A DNA stretch of 64,000 bases, taken from contig CAWDXG010000004.1 of assembly GCA_963806225.1 (NCBI GenBank), forward strand, positions 2,848,001 to 2,912,000, written 5' to 3'. Shown in pieces: positions 51,321-60,599 of the stretch; the stretch's first letter is position 1, and the number at the start of each line of letters is the position of its first letter. Below the pieces are notes generated by a model. The model was not told the DNA's origin. It made no database searches and worked only from the letters and a program-made list of their open reading frames with translations. The position numbers were made by a program, and so were the translations under genes. This DNA comes from an uncultured delta proteobacterium. Lineage in GTDB: Bacteria > Myxococcota_A > Polyangia > Polyangiales > Polyangiaceae.

Positions 51321-53111
51321 ATGGCAAACGACATCGTGATTGGCATGGCGGGCTCGGGCGGGGACGGCATCGTCAGTGCGGGCGAGTCACTGATCTCCGC
51401 GGCAGCCATCGAGGGCTACCACGCGATCATGACCAAGAGCTTCGGCTCCCAGATCCGCGGTGGCGAGTCGTCCTGTCGCGTGCGTCTGTCCACGGATCGG
51501 ATCTACAACCCCGGCGGCATGCTCGACCTGGCCGTCGCGCTCAACTGGGAGGATTTCCTCCGCTTCGGCGCCGAGCTGCCCGTGGACGGCTCGACGGTGG
51601 TCGTCTACGAGTCGAAAACCGGCGTGGCGCCCGACAACCTGCCCCTCGCGGGCGTCGTGCCGCACGAGGTTTTCGCCGTCCCGATCGGCGAAATGGCTCG
51701 CAAGGCGACGGGCAACGACAAGGCCAAGAACACGGTCGTGCTCGGCCTGATCGCCGGCTGGTTCGACATCGCGCGCGAAGCGATTCTCCAGGGCTTGCGC
51801 AAGAAGCTAGGGAGGAAGGGCGCGGAGGTCGTGGCCGCCAACGAGAAGGCGTTCGAGCTCGGCGAACAATTCGCGCGCGACAATCCGCTGAAGGTGCTGC
51901 GCACGATGGAACGCCCGGCAGTGGTCGAGAAGAAGGCCCTGACCGATGGCAACGACATGTGCGCCGTCGCGGCGCTCTTCGCCGGTTGCGACTTCTTCAG
52001 CGGCTACCCCATCACGCCGTCCACGGAGGTGATGCAGCTGTTCACGCGTGAAGTCTGGAAGTACGGCGGCGCTGTGCTGCAGGCGGAGGACGAGATCGCC
52101 GGCATCGGCGCTGCGCTGGGCGCGTCGTATGCGGGCCACAAGGCGATGACCGCCACGTCCGGTCCGGGCCTGTCGCTGAAGACAGAGATGATGGGGCTCG
52201 CCAGCATCGCCGAGCTGCCGCTTGTGATCGTGGACGTGCAGCGCGGCGGCCCGTCCACGGGTTTGCCGACCAAGCCCGAGCAGTCCGACCTGTTCGCGGC
52301 GGCGTTCAGCGGCCATGGCGACGTGCTGCGTCCCGTGCTCGCGCCCACGACGGTCGCCGACACGTTCAACGTCACGGTCGAAGCCTTCAACATGGCGGAG
52401 ACGTACCAGACGCCGGTCCTGATCCTGTCCGATCAGGAGATCGCGCAGCGCAAGGAGACGGTCCAGGCCATCGACCCCTCTCGCTACAAGATCGAAAGCC
52501 GCCGTCAGCCGCGCGGCGACGAGCTCGTGGACTACTCGCGCTTCCGCATCAACGAGTCCGGCATCAGCCCCATGAGTCATCCGGGCATGCCCGGCGGCAA
52601 CTACCTGGCCGCGGGTATCGAGCACAGCGAGCACGGGGATCCGACCGTCAACGGCGAGGTGCACGCGAAGATGAACGCCAAGCGGTTCTCCAAGCTCGAC
52701 CCCATCCTGCACCGCAAGGACCTCTTCATCTTCGAGGGCAATCCGAGCGCGCCGCTCGCGCTCCTCAGCTGGGGCAGCTCCGCCGGCGTGTGTCGCGAGG
52801 CGCTGGCCCGCGCCACTGCCGAAGGGCTCGACTGCAAGCTCTTGATCCCGTACCTGGTCTATCCCGTCGCCGAGAAGATCTACGCCGACTTCTTCGCCTC
52901 GGTGCAAGCGGGCCTGTTCGTGGAACTGTCGCACCAGGGGCAGCTCTATCGCATCCTGCGCATGTTCGTGGACGTGCCGGAGGGCATGCACACTTTCCTG
53001 CGTAGCGGTGCCAATCCGTTCCAGCCCGTCGAGATCGTGGCGCGGCTTCGCGAAGCGGCGGTGACCTTGCAACACTCCCACGCCAGCAATCAGCCTCCGG
53101 CGGAGGAATAG
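51321..53111 (+). CDS. korA: 2-oxoacid:ferredoxin oxidoreductase alpha subunit (gamma-alpha fusion)
   Basis: GSGGDG, QIRGGES, GYPITPSTE, QAEDEI, TATSGPG and QRGGPSTGLPTK. Confidence 0.93.
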   Translation: MANDIVIGMAGSGGDGIVSAGESLISAAAIEGYHAIMTKSFGSQIRGGESSCRVRLSTDRIYNPGGMLDLAVALNWEDFLRFGAELPVDGSTVVVYESKTGVAPDNLPLAGVVPHEVFAVPIGEMARKATGNDKAKNTVVLGLIAGWFDIAREAILQGLRKKLGRKGAEVVAANEKAFELGEQFARDNPLKVLRTMERPAVVEKKALTDGNDMCAVAALFAGCDFFSGYPITPSTEVMQLFTREVWKYGGAVLQAEDEIAGIGAALGASYAGHKAMTATSGPGLSLKTEMMGLASIAELPLVIVDVQRGGPSTGLPTKPEQSDLFAAAFSGHGDVLRPVLAPTTVADTFNVTVEAFNMAETYQTPVLILSDQEIAQRKETVQAIDPSRYKIESRRQPRGDELVDYSRFRINESGISPMSHPGMPGGNYLAAGIEHSEHGDPTVNGEVHAKMNAKRFSKLDPILHRKDLFIFEGNPSAPLALLSWGSSAGVCREALARATAEGLDCKLLIPYLVYPVAEKIYADFFASVQAGLFVELSHQGQLYRILRMFVDVPEGMHTFLRSGANPFQPVEIVARLREAAVTLQHSHASNQPPAEE

Positions 53112-53116
53112 CTCCC

Positions 53117-54013
53117 ATGACGATGTCCCACCCCCAGCCCGTCCCTGCCCGCAACATCATCTCCGCCAAGGACTACAAGAGCGATCTGAAGCCGATCTGG
53201 TGCCCCGGCTGCGGGGACTTCGGCGTGTTGCAGGCGCTGTGTCGCGCGCTGTCTGCCATCGGCCGGGCGCCGCACGAGATCGCCTTCGTGTCGGGCATCG
53301 GCTGCTCGAGCCGCATCCCGGGCTACACGACTGCCTACGGCTTCAACAGCGTGCACGGCCGCGCCCTGCCCATCGCGCAGGGCATCAAGCTGTCCTCGCC
53401 GGATCTGCTCGTCATCGCAGCGGGCGGCGACGGCGACGGCTTCTCCATCGGCGGCGGACACGTGCCCCACGCGATCCGGCGCAACCTCGACATCACGTAT
53501 CTGGTCATGGATAACCAGATCTACGGCTTGACCAAGGGTCAGCTCTCGCCGACCTCGCCGAAGGGGCTGAAGACGGTCACGTCGACCTACGGCAGCCTGG
53601 AAGAGCCGGTGAACCCGCTGCTCTACGCGCTCGCCTACGGGGGCGGCTTCATCGCCCAGGGTAGCCCCGCGGACATGGCCGGCTTGGCCGACCTGTGCGA
53701 GCAGGCAATCCGCTATCCGGGCTTCTCGTTCGTGAACGTGCGCTCGCCGTGCGTGACCTTCGGCGAGGACACCGATCAGGTCAAAGCACAACGCGCCAAG
53801 CTCAAGCCGCTCGCCGGCCTCGGTCACGATCCGACCGACCGTCTCGCCGCCATGGGCTACGCGCAGGACCCCAGCGAGGCGCTGTACACGGGCGTCTTCT
53901 ACAAGAACCCCGAGCCACCGCCGACCTTCGGCGACATGGTCCGCGAACGTCAGCAGGAGCTCGGCGCGAGCCCGCTGCCACGCGAGCGCGCCCTCGACCT
54001 GCTCAAGAAGTAG
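53117..54013 (+). CDS. korB: 2-oxoacid:ferredoxin oxidoreductase beta subunit
   Basis: WCPGCGDF, SGIGCSS, HGRALP, the GDGD...IGG TPP motif, and DNQIYGLTKGQ. Confidence 0.93.
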   Translation: MTMSHPQPVPARNIISAKDYKSDLKPIWCPGCGDFGVLQALCRALSAIGRAPHEIAFVSGIGCSSRIPGYTTAYGFNSVHGRALPIAQGIKLSSPDLLVIAAGGDGDGFSIGGGHVPHAIRRNLDITYLVMDNQIYGLTKGQLSPTSPKGLKTVTSTYGSLEEPVNPLLYALAYGGGFIAQGSPADMAGLADLCEQAIRYPGFSFVNVRSPCVTFGEDTDQVKAQRAKLKPLAGLGHDPTDRLAAMGYAQDPSEALYTGVFYKNPEPPPTFGDMVRERQQELGASPLPRERALDLLKK

Positions 54014-54035
54014 CCCCAACAAGGAGGCCGCCAAG

Positions 54036-54563
54036 ATGGGAACCACCCGATCTATCGACTTTGCCGCTCTCTCCCTCCGCGACGCCCTCGACCTCGCCGT
54101 GCTGATCGAGGAAGAAGCCGCGGAGCGCTACGAGGAATTCACCGATCAGATGGTGAAGCACGATAGCGAGGAGGCCGCCGCGTTCTTCCGCGTCATGCGC
54201 AAGAACGAGCAGCGACACATGGAGCAGCTACTCGCGCGGCGCATCGAGTATTTCGGATCGCAGCCGCGCGAGGTGACGCGCGAGATGCTGTTCGACATCG
54301 AAGCGCCCGAGTACGACGAGGTGCGCGCGTTCATGTCCGAGCGGGCGGCGCTCGAGACCGCGCTTCGCGCCGAGGAGAAGGCCCACGCGTTCTTCGTATC
54401 GGCGCTCCGGATCGCGATGAACCCCGACGTGCGTGCGCTGTTCGAAGCGCTGCGCGCCGAGGAAGTCACGCACCAGGAGCTGGTCAAGAAAGAGATCGAA
54501 AGGCTCGGCCCGGAGGGGCTGCTCACCACCGAAGACGTCGCCGACGAACCCGTCGCCCACTGA
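54036..54563 (+). CDS. Rubrerythrin-like/ferritin-like di-iron protein (no rubredoxin domain)
   Basis: Two E...ExxH pairs (EEEAAERY/EQRH and EEKAHAFF/EEVTH) and an AAGGAGG RBS. Confidence 0.85.
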   Translation: MGTTRSIDFAALSLRDALDLAVLIEEEAAERYEEFTDQMVKHDSEEAAAFFRVMRKNEQRHMEQLLARRIEYFGSQPREVTREMLFDIEAPEYDEVRAFMSERAALETALRAEEKAHAFFVSALRIAMNPDVRALFEALRAEEVTHQELVKKEIERLGPEGLLTTEDVADEPVAH

Positions 54564-54600
54564 GCTTACGGATTCTGGTTGTCGGTCGGGCGCGGTATCG

Positions 54601-54775
54601 TCAGGTCGCGCGTTCGCCGATGACGCAGAACCCGTTTCCGAACGGATCGGCGCAGAACGCGGCGGGCTTCGGTCCCTCGGTCCGGAATTCGTTCTCGGTT
54701 GCGCTCTAGGGCCCTGCCTTGACAGACAGCAGTGTCGTGCGAATGGTCATACCATCGAGGTAATGCATCTTGGGC
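54601..54775 (-). pseudogene. Decayed VOC/glyoxalase C-terminal remnant
   Basis: The minus strand reads AFCADPFGNGFCVIGE, a typical VOC C-terminus. The upstream part is scrambled. Confidence 0.35.
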
Positions 54776-55354
54776 TCCCGCATTGTGCTGTGTCCCCACG
54801 GCCTGCCACATGCGCCCGACGTGCGCGAGCAGTGTTGCGACCTGCTCCTGCGCGGCGGCGGCGACCTGCAACGGGTGTTCGAAGCGAATCCCGGCGGCAT
54901 CGGTCGGTTCGCGGCTCACGTTGCGCGCATCGGTGACCTCGACTCCGGCGACGGCCCCCTGGTCCTTCTGCACCGCACCAACCCGCTCGGCCTGACCATC
55001 CTGCGCACGCGCCGCGCTCTCGAGGAAGAAGTCCCCAGGCTTGGCAGGGCGTCGTGGCTCGTGTTCATCGACGAGAAGGACGACCCCTTCTTCCTCGACG
55101 CTGCGTCCCGCGTGGGTGGGTTCGACCGGGAGCTCGATGCGCTTCCGATCTGGTCGGCGCCGGACCTGCATCGGTTTCTGGTCGTCTCCCGCCAGAACGG
55201 GGATCTGACCCGGATGAAAGAGCGGCTCGCCGAGCTCCAGGGCGAGCGGCCCCCGTCCGACGCCGCAACGGGCGCCGAGCCCGCCGAAGGCGATCCCGCG
55301 GCGACGCCTTGCCCCGGCGACGACAGCTCCGTCGACGACGCGTCGCTGCTGTAA
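54770..55354 (+). CDS. Hypothetical protein
   Basis: 194-aa ORF with protein-like composition that fills the gap between the convergent operons. The start is uncertain. Confidence 0.45.
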   Translation: MGSRIVLCPHGLPHAPDVREQCCDLLLRGGGDLQRVFEANPGGIGRFAAHVARIGDLDSGDGPLVLLHRTNPLGLTILRTRRALEEEVPRLGRASWLVFIDEKDDPFFLDAASRVGGFDRELDALPIWSAPDLHRFLVVSRQNGDLTRMKERLAELQGERPPSDAATGAEPAEGDPAATPCPGDDSSVDDASLL

Positions 55355-55402
55355 CTCGACTAGCGCGGGGCAGCGGGCGCCAGCCAGCCGCGCGCGGAAG
55401 CG

Positions 55403-56653
55403 CTACGGCTGAACTGACCGACGCTGCACGACCAGGCCGGGCCGCGCGAACACCAGGTCGGCCGTGCCGAAGCCCGGCTCCACCAACCTCGGACCGAAGC
55501 CGGTCACGTCCGTGCGCCGCAGCATGAGCAATCGGTACACGCCGGCCGCCCGCACGTCGCCCGCGAGGCGGAACCCCACGATACGCCCGTCGGTCAAGAA
55601 CAGCTTGCGGAGCGAATCGCCTTCGCGCAGCCGGAGCTCCTCGTCGCCGCTTTGCGCCCCGACAGCTATCACCGGCAGGCCGACATGCTTCAGGCTGTTC
55701 ATCGACTCGGCACCCGCGTAGCGCACGCCGTATCCGAGCAGATTGTAGGCGGCGACCTGCCCCTGCTCTACGGCATTCGGGAAGATGGCGTGCACGTAGC
55801 GCTCCCCGGTGAGACGGTCGCGCGTCTCGGCGACGTCGCCGACGGCGTACACGTCGGCAATGTTGGTGAGGAGCGCATCGTCGACGGTCAGGCCCCAGCG
55901 CGCGTCGAAGCCCGCGCCCTCGAGGAACTCGAGGTTCGGTTTCACGCCGGTAGCGGCGACGAAGATTTCCCCGGGGATGACCTCGCCCGACTCGAGCTCG
56001 ACGCGCTCCGCCCTGCCGTGTCCGGCAAACGCCGCCGCTCGCGTCTCGAGCCGGAGCACAATGCCACGCCGTTCGAGCTCCGCGGCGACGATACCGGCCG
56101 TTTCCGCATCGAGCATGCGGGGCATCACGCGATCGAGCGCCTCGACCATCGTCACGGACAGCCCGAGCTCGCCGAGCAGCATCGCGACCTCGACGCCAAT
56201 GAAGCCAGCGCCGACGATGACCGCCCTGCGCGCTTCGCCGCGGCGCGCGCGCTCCACAAGCTCCGACGCCGCGCGTAGCGACTTGAAGTTCGACACACCC
56301 GTGAGCGCCGCTCCCTCGATAGGGGCGAAGAGCCGGCTGCCCGACGCGATGACGAGGCGGTCGTAGGTAATCGGGCTGCCTTCGTCGAGCTCGACGCGGC
56401 GCGCTTCGGGCTGGATGCGCCGCACGCTCGTTCCGGCGCGGAAGTCGAGCTCCAGGCGCTCGCAGATGTCGCGCCCCTTCCAGAACAACGTCTGCTCGCG
56501 ACCGGTCAGGAAGTAGTCGGCGAGCGCGGGCGGCGCGTACGGCGGGTCGGGCTCCGCGGAGAGCATCGTGATACCGATGCTGCGATCATGGCGCCGTAGC
56601 GTCTCCGCGACAGTTAGCCCCGCGGGACCCGCACCGATGATCACGACGCGCAT
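55403..56653 (-). CDS. FAD/NAD(P)-dependent oxidoreductase (CODH-associated FNOR, NirB/Nox-like)
   Basis: ATG at 56653 overlaps the cooC end. Contains MRVVIIGAGPAG, IASGS, IVGAGFIGVE and YAVGDVAE. Confidence 0.92.
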   Translation of the reverse strand: MRVVIIGAGPAGLTVAETLRRHDRSIGITMLSAEPDPPYAPPALADYFLTGREQTLFWKGRDICERLELDFRAGTSVRRIQPEARRVELDEGSPITYDRLVIASGSRLFAPIEGAALTGVSNFKSLRAASELVERARRGEARRAVIVGAGFIGVEVAMLLGELGLSVTMVEALDRVMPRMLDAETAGIVAAELERRGIVLRLETRAAAFAGHGRAERVELESGEVIPGEIFVAATGVKPNLEFLEGAGFDARWGLTVDDALLTNIADVYAVGDVAETRDRLTGERYVHAIFPNAVEQGQVAAYNLLGYGVRYAGAESMNSLKHVGLPVIAVGAQSGDEELRLREGDSLRKLFLTDGRIVGFRLAGDVRAAGVYRLLMLRRTDVTGFGPRLVEPGFGTADLVFARPGLVVQRRSVQP

Positions 56654-57549
56654 GCAAGCTCGCCTTCGCGCTGGATCAGCGCGTCGCCCAACGCCGAGAC
56701 GGCCGCCACCAGCGGCGAGCCCGTGCTCTGCAGCAGCGGACCGACCGCGGGCTCGATCGCGAGCAGACGCTCGTCGTAGGGCAGGTAGTGTTCCGACGCG
56801 AACGAGAAGCCGCCCTCGTCGGCGATCAGCCGCCCGACCTTGTCCACGTCGTGTCCGCCACGCACGCGATTGACCACCAGGTGCACCGCGGGGATGCCGA
56901 GCTCCCGCGACAGCCGCGCGGCGTGTAGCGCCACCTGCACGCCGTTGAAGGTCGGGTCGGTGACCACGGCCGCATGACGGAACCCCTTGGCCAGCGCGCG
57001 CCCGAAGTGTTCCACGCCGGCCTGCGTATCCATCAGGATGGCCTCGTTCTTCCGCAGGTTCATCGCGTCGACCACCGACGCGAGCAACGAGTTTTCCGGG
57101 CACAGGCAGCCCGCGGCGGGCTGCACGAGCGTGCCCATCACCAGCAGGTTCACGTCGTCGGGCCCCACGACGCCGAAGCGCTCGACAACGTCGCGCACAT
57201 CGGGGTTCAGCCGGAAGAACAGACCCCACCCCGAGCCAGGCCGCGCACCCGTCTTCTCCTCGACATACTCCGGGTTCTGGCTCAGCGGCACCAGCCGCCG
57301 CGCCTGCTCCGGAGGAATCCCGAGCGCGTAGGGCAGATTCATCTGCGGGTCCGAGTCGAGGGCCAGCACGCGATACGCCCGCCGCGACAAGAGCCTCGCC
57401 AGCATCGCCGTCAGGCTCGTCTTCCCGACGCCGCCCTTGCCGGTGATGACGACGCGAAACTGGTCCGGCGAGGCGTGCACATGGCTGTGCCGGTGGCCGT
57501 GCTCGTGCTCATGCGAATGGTCGTGGGAGTGACCGGGGGTGTCACACAT
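56641..57549 (-). CDS. cooC: CO dehydrogenase nickel-insertion ATPase CooC with a His-rich N-terminus
   Basis: GKGGVGKT, DSDP, the GCLCPEN CxC Ni motif and DTQAGVEHFGR. N-terminal alternating His tract. Confidence 0.93.
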   Translation of the reverse strand: MCDTPGHSHDHSHEHEHGHRHSHVHASPDQFRVVITGKGGVGKTSLTAMLARLLSRRAYRVLALDSDPQMNLPYALGIPPEQARRLVPLSQNPEYVEEKTGARPGSGWGLFFRLNPDVRDVVERFGVVGPDDVNLLVMGTLVQPAAGCLCPENSLLASVVDAMNLRKNEAILMDTQAGVEHFGRALAKGFRHAAVVTDPTFNGVQVALHAARLSRELGIPAVHLVVNRVRGGHDVDKVGRLIADEGGFSFASEHYLPYDERLLAIEPAVGPLLQSTGSPLVAAVSALGDALIQREGELACAS

Positions 57550-57563
57550 GGGTGTTCTTCCTT

Positions 57564-59501
57564 CTACTCGGCAGCCTGCGCGTGACCGGGTGGGTGGATC
57601 GAGCTCGGCTCGATGAACGGCAGGCCTAGCGCTTTGCGCTTCTCTTCGATGTGGCGCCGGATCAGCACGGCGGCCTTCTCCGGGTCGGGCTCCACCGCGA
57701 AGCTCGCCCCCACCACGTCGTCCAGCCCGCCGGCGAGCAAGCCGACGACGTTCTTGCTGCCGAAGATGGCGGGCTGCACGCCGAGCACGGTGTAGATGCC
57801 ACTGGCGACAACGTACGCGCCAATCGAGACGGCCTTTTCCGAGTACCACTCGGGCGCGGCGCCCGCGAGCGGCAGCTGATCGATGTCGACTCCGAGATGC
57901 TTCGCCAGCGCGGCGGCCAGCACCAGGATGCGCGTGTTGTCGACGCACGAACCCATGTGGAGCACCGGCGGGATCTTCAAGGCCTGGCAGACGGCCCCGA
58001 GTCCCTGCCCCGCCAGCTTCGCGCCCTCGGGCACCATCTGTCCGGCCTTGCCGTTCGCCACGGCGGCGCAGCCCGTCACCAGCACCAGTATGTCGTTTTC
58101 GATCAGGCGCCGCGTGAGCGTGACATGACCGTAGTCCTGCGGGATCTTCGGGTTGTTGCAGCCGACGACGCCGACGGCCCCGCGGATGCTGCCCTTTGCG
58201 ATGGCGTCGACCAGCGGTGCGGGAGTGCCGCCCAGCGCACCGAGGATCGCCTCGACCGAGAAGCCGGCCATCATCTTGACCGGCTCGCCGGGAATGCGGA
58301 CGCGGTCGGGATTGCGGTTCTCGTAGGCTTCGATGCCCTTCCGCACGATCTCCTTTCCGATTTCAATGCCGCGGTGCGGGTCGAACGAGATGTGCGTCGC
58401 GCCGGTGAACTTCGCCTTGTCGGCGGTGGAGATGACGGCGGTATGGAAGCACTTCGCCACGTCGACGATCGCCGGCATGATGCACTGGTAGTCGACGACC
58501 ATGGCGTCGAGCGCGCCGGTGATCAGCACCAGCTCCTGCATCAGGTGGTTGCCCGCCATCGGGATGCCCTTGCGCATCTGCAGCTCGTTGCCGGTGCAGC
58601 ACAGACCAACCAGGTTGATGCCGTCGGCACCCTTCTGTTTCGCGAGCGCCACCAGCTCTGGAGCCTCCGCGGCCTGAACGATCACGTCGGACAGCAGCGG
58701 ATTGTGCCCATGCAGAGCGATGTTCACGCTCTCCTTCTTGAGCACACCGAGATTCACCTGCGACATGTTGGGCTTGGGAGTACCGAACATCACGTCCGAG
58801 AGCTCCGTCGCGACCATCGAGCCGCCCCAGCCGTCGGACAGACTTGTCCTCAGGCCGTGCAAGAGGATGTTCACGTAGTCATTGTCGACGCCCATGTGCG
58901 TGCGGTGGAGCATCTCCACATTCTCGCGATCGATACCCCGCGGCATGATGCCGAGCTTCTTCCACAGCGCAGCCCGCTTTTCTGGAGCCCGCTCCGCGAA
59001 GCTGACGTGGTCCTTCCGGGAGCCGAAGTCCTCCATCAACGCCGACGCCAGGTCACGCGCGATGTCCTTGTCCGGGCGGCCGTCGACGGCGATGCCGTGC
59101 TCGCTCGCCAGGGCGTGGAGCTTGTCCGGGTCGCGGAGCTCGTAGCCGGTCGTCTGGCCCTCGGCGGTCTCGGCGAACACTTCGAGGATGTCGCGGCCGT
59201 GGTCCGAGTGTGCCGAGGCGCCGGCGGCTATCGTCCGACCCAGGTTGCGCGCAACGATGATGTCCGCATCGGCGCCGCACACGCCCTTCTGCGGCCCTTC
59301 GCCGAACGGATCGATGCGGCATGGGCCCATGGAGCAGTTGCGACAGCTCAGCCCGAGCGAGCAATAGCCACATTGTGGCTCCTGCGCGGCGAGGCGATCC
59401 CAGACGGTCTCGATACCCTCTTCACGCGCGCGCTCGATCATCGCCCGCGCGTCGGCGTGGATGCTGAGCTGATGCAACTCAGCGGGACGGCGCATGGTCA
59501 T
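57564..59501 (-). CDS. cooS: Anaerobic Ni,Fe carbon monoxide dehydrogenase catalytic subunit
   Basis: B-cluster CRNCSMGPC...CGA. C-cluster ligands HGHNP, CCTGNE, QCIMP, GCNN, TGC and GSCVD. Catalytic AHSDH and SEKA. Confidence 0.97.
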   Translation of the reverse strand: MTMRRPAELHQLSIHADARAMIERAREEGIETVWDRLAAQEPQCGYCSLGLSCRNCSMGPCRIDPFGEGPQKGVCGADADIIVARNLGRTIAAGASAHSDHGRDILEVFAETAEGQTTGYELRDPDKLHALASEHGIAVDGRPDKDIARDLASALMEDFGSRKDHVSFAERAPEKRAALWKKLGIMPRGIDRENVEMLHRTHMGVDNDYVNILLHGLRTSLSDGWGGSMVATELSDVMFGTPKPNMSQVNLGVLKKESVNIALHGHNPLLSDVIVQAAEAPELVALAKQKGADGINLVGLCCTGNELQMRKGIPMAGNHLMQELVLITGALDAMVVDYQCIMPAIVDVAKCFHTAVISTADKAKFTGATHISFDPHRGIEIGKEIVRKGIEAYENRNPDRVRIPGEPVKMMAGFSVEAILGALGGTPAPLVDAIAKGSIRGAVGVVGCNNPKIPQDYGHVTLTRRLIENDILVLVTGCAAVANGKAGQMVPEGAKLAGQGLGAVCQALKIPPVLHMGSCVDNTRILVLAAALAKHLGVDIDQLPLAGAAPEWYSEKAVSIGAYVVASGIYTVLGVQPAIFGSKNVVGLLAGGLDDVVGASFAVEPDPEKAAVLIRRHIEEKRKALGLPFIEPSSIHPPGHAQAAE

Positions 59502-60123
59502 GGGAAACTCCCTCTGCCACGGAGGTGGCCTGTTCTCCCCAGCCCCGCCAGCCCAGCACGTTGTCCGGGGCGCCGGGTCGGGTCGGTTCCTGGGGTCGCG
59601 CGACGGTGAGCACCTGGGCGCTATCGCGCACGCGCCCCGCCTGGATGAGCTCGTTCAGATCACCGAATACCAGAGCACCAACCTTGCAGGTCTCGACGCA
59701 GGCCGGCTCGACCCCGCGCTGGACGCGTTCGATGCAGCCGTCACACTTGGTTGCGACAACCCTGGGCGCGTGGGCGCCGTTCTGCATGTGGAAGGTGACG
59801 GCGTCGAAGGGGCAGACCATCGCGCACATGGCGCAGGCGATGCACTTGCCCGTCTCGACGAGCACGAGGTTCTGCTCGGCATCGCGGAAGATGGCAGCCG
59901 TCGGGCACACCTGCTGGCAGGGCGCCGGATCGCAGTGACGGCACTTGTTCGGGAAGGAGCTATTGAACCACGGCCCCGCCTCGGCGTGGATGCGCGGGCT
60001 GGGCAGCGGCTCTTCGGAGAGTGCCAGCACCGGGTCCCGGCTCTTCGAGTGCTCGACGGCGCAGGCGTACTCGCACTGGCGGCAGCCGATGCAGCGCTCC
60101 GGATTGACGACGACGGTCTTCAT
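59479..60123 (-). CDS. cooF: CooF-like 4x[4Fe-4S] electron transfer protein
   Basis: CIGCRQCEYAC, CRHCDPAPCQQVCP, CIACAMCAMVCP and KCDGC...PACVETC, with a GGAGG RBS. Confidence 0.92.
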   Translation of the reverse strand: MKTVVVNPERCIGCRQCEYACAVEHSKSRDPVLALSEEPLPSPRIHAEAGPWFNSSFPNKCRHCDPAPCQQVCPTAAIFRDAEQNLVLVETGKCIACAMCAMVCPFDAVTFHMQNGAHAPRVVATKCDGCIERVQRGVEPACVETCKVGALVFGDLNELIQAGRVRDSAQVLTVARPQEPTRPGAPDNVLGWRGWGEQATSVAEGVSHDHAPSR

Positions 60124-60173
60124 GCTGCCTCCGCAACGAAATGCACAAACCGTCCCGTTGCACTCCGGACGAC

Positions 60174-60189
60174 TGCATCTTCCGTGCCC
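60174..60189 (-). promoter_or_regulatory. Putative sigma54 (-24/-12) promoter of the coo operon
   Basis: Minus-strand GGGCACG-GAAG-ATGCA matches TGGCACG-N4-TTGC(A/T) with correct GG/GC spacing, about 50 bp before the cooF ATG. Confidence 0.55.
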
Positions 60190-60329
60190 TACGAGCGTGC
60201 GTATCGTTCGCGTGTTTGTGCGCCAATCGCGCGCAATCACTGCGCAGATCTCGGTCGAACAGCCCCCGGATTGCGCGCGCGTCGCGAGAAGGAGCTTGGC
60301 GAGGTCGCGTGACGATCACGGCCGGACGC

Positions 60330-60490
60330 GCTGCCGATCGTGACCGACGTCACGTGCTGCAGATCGTGCGGGCACGCATCCTCGCGCTCCTGCGACGCAA
60401 GCGCGTGATCGCCGACGACACCGTCACTGCCGACGGCGCGCTCGCCGAGAGCGAGCCCGCGCTCGCCGAGCTCGCTGATTCTGAACCGCG
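60330..60490 (+). mobile_element. Short IS91-family-like transposase remnant
   Basis: VLQIVRARILALLRRKRVI...ALAESEPALAELA resembles an internal segment of myxobacterial IS91-type transposases (from recall). No start or IS ends are visible. Confidence 0.4.
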
Positions 60491-60599
60491 GCTGGGAGTT
60501 CCGTCTGGAAGAGTAGGCCGCGCAAGCGCTAGCGGGTGAAGACGATGGAGGCGGGGCCCGATGCGTTGCTTGTCAGGGTCAGCGTGTTGCCGGCCACGC

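Noticed and set aside
49001..60123. Selenocysteine or stop-codon recoding in the redox genes
   Set aside because: All catalytic Cys positions are ordinary Cys codons and no in-frame TGA interrupts these genes.
60143..60221. GCACAAAC...GTTTGTGC inverted repeat as a Ni/Co riboswitch in the cooF leader
   Set aside because: I could not match the NiCo consensus, and the candidate sigma54 promoter lies inside it, so most of it would not be transcribed.
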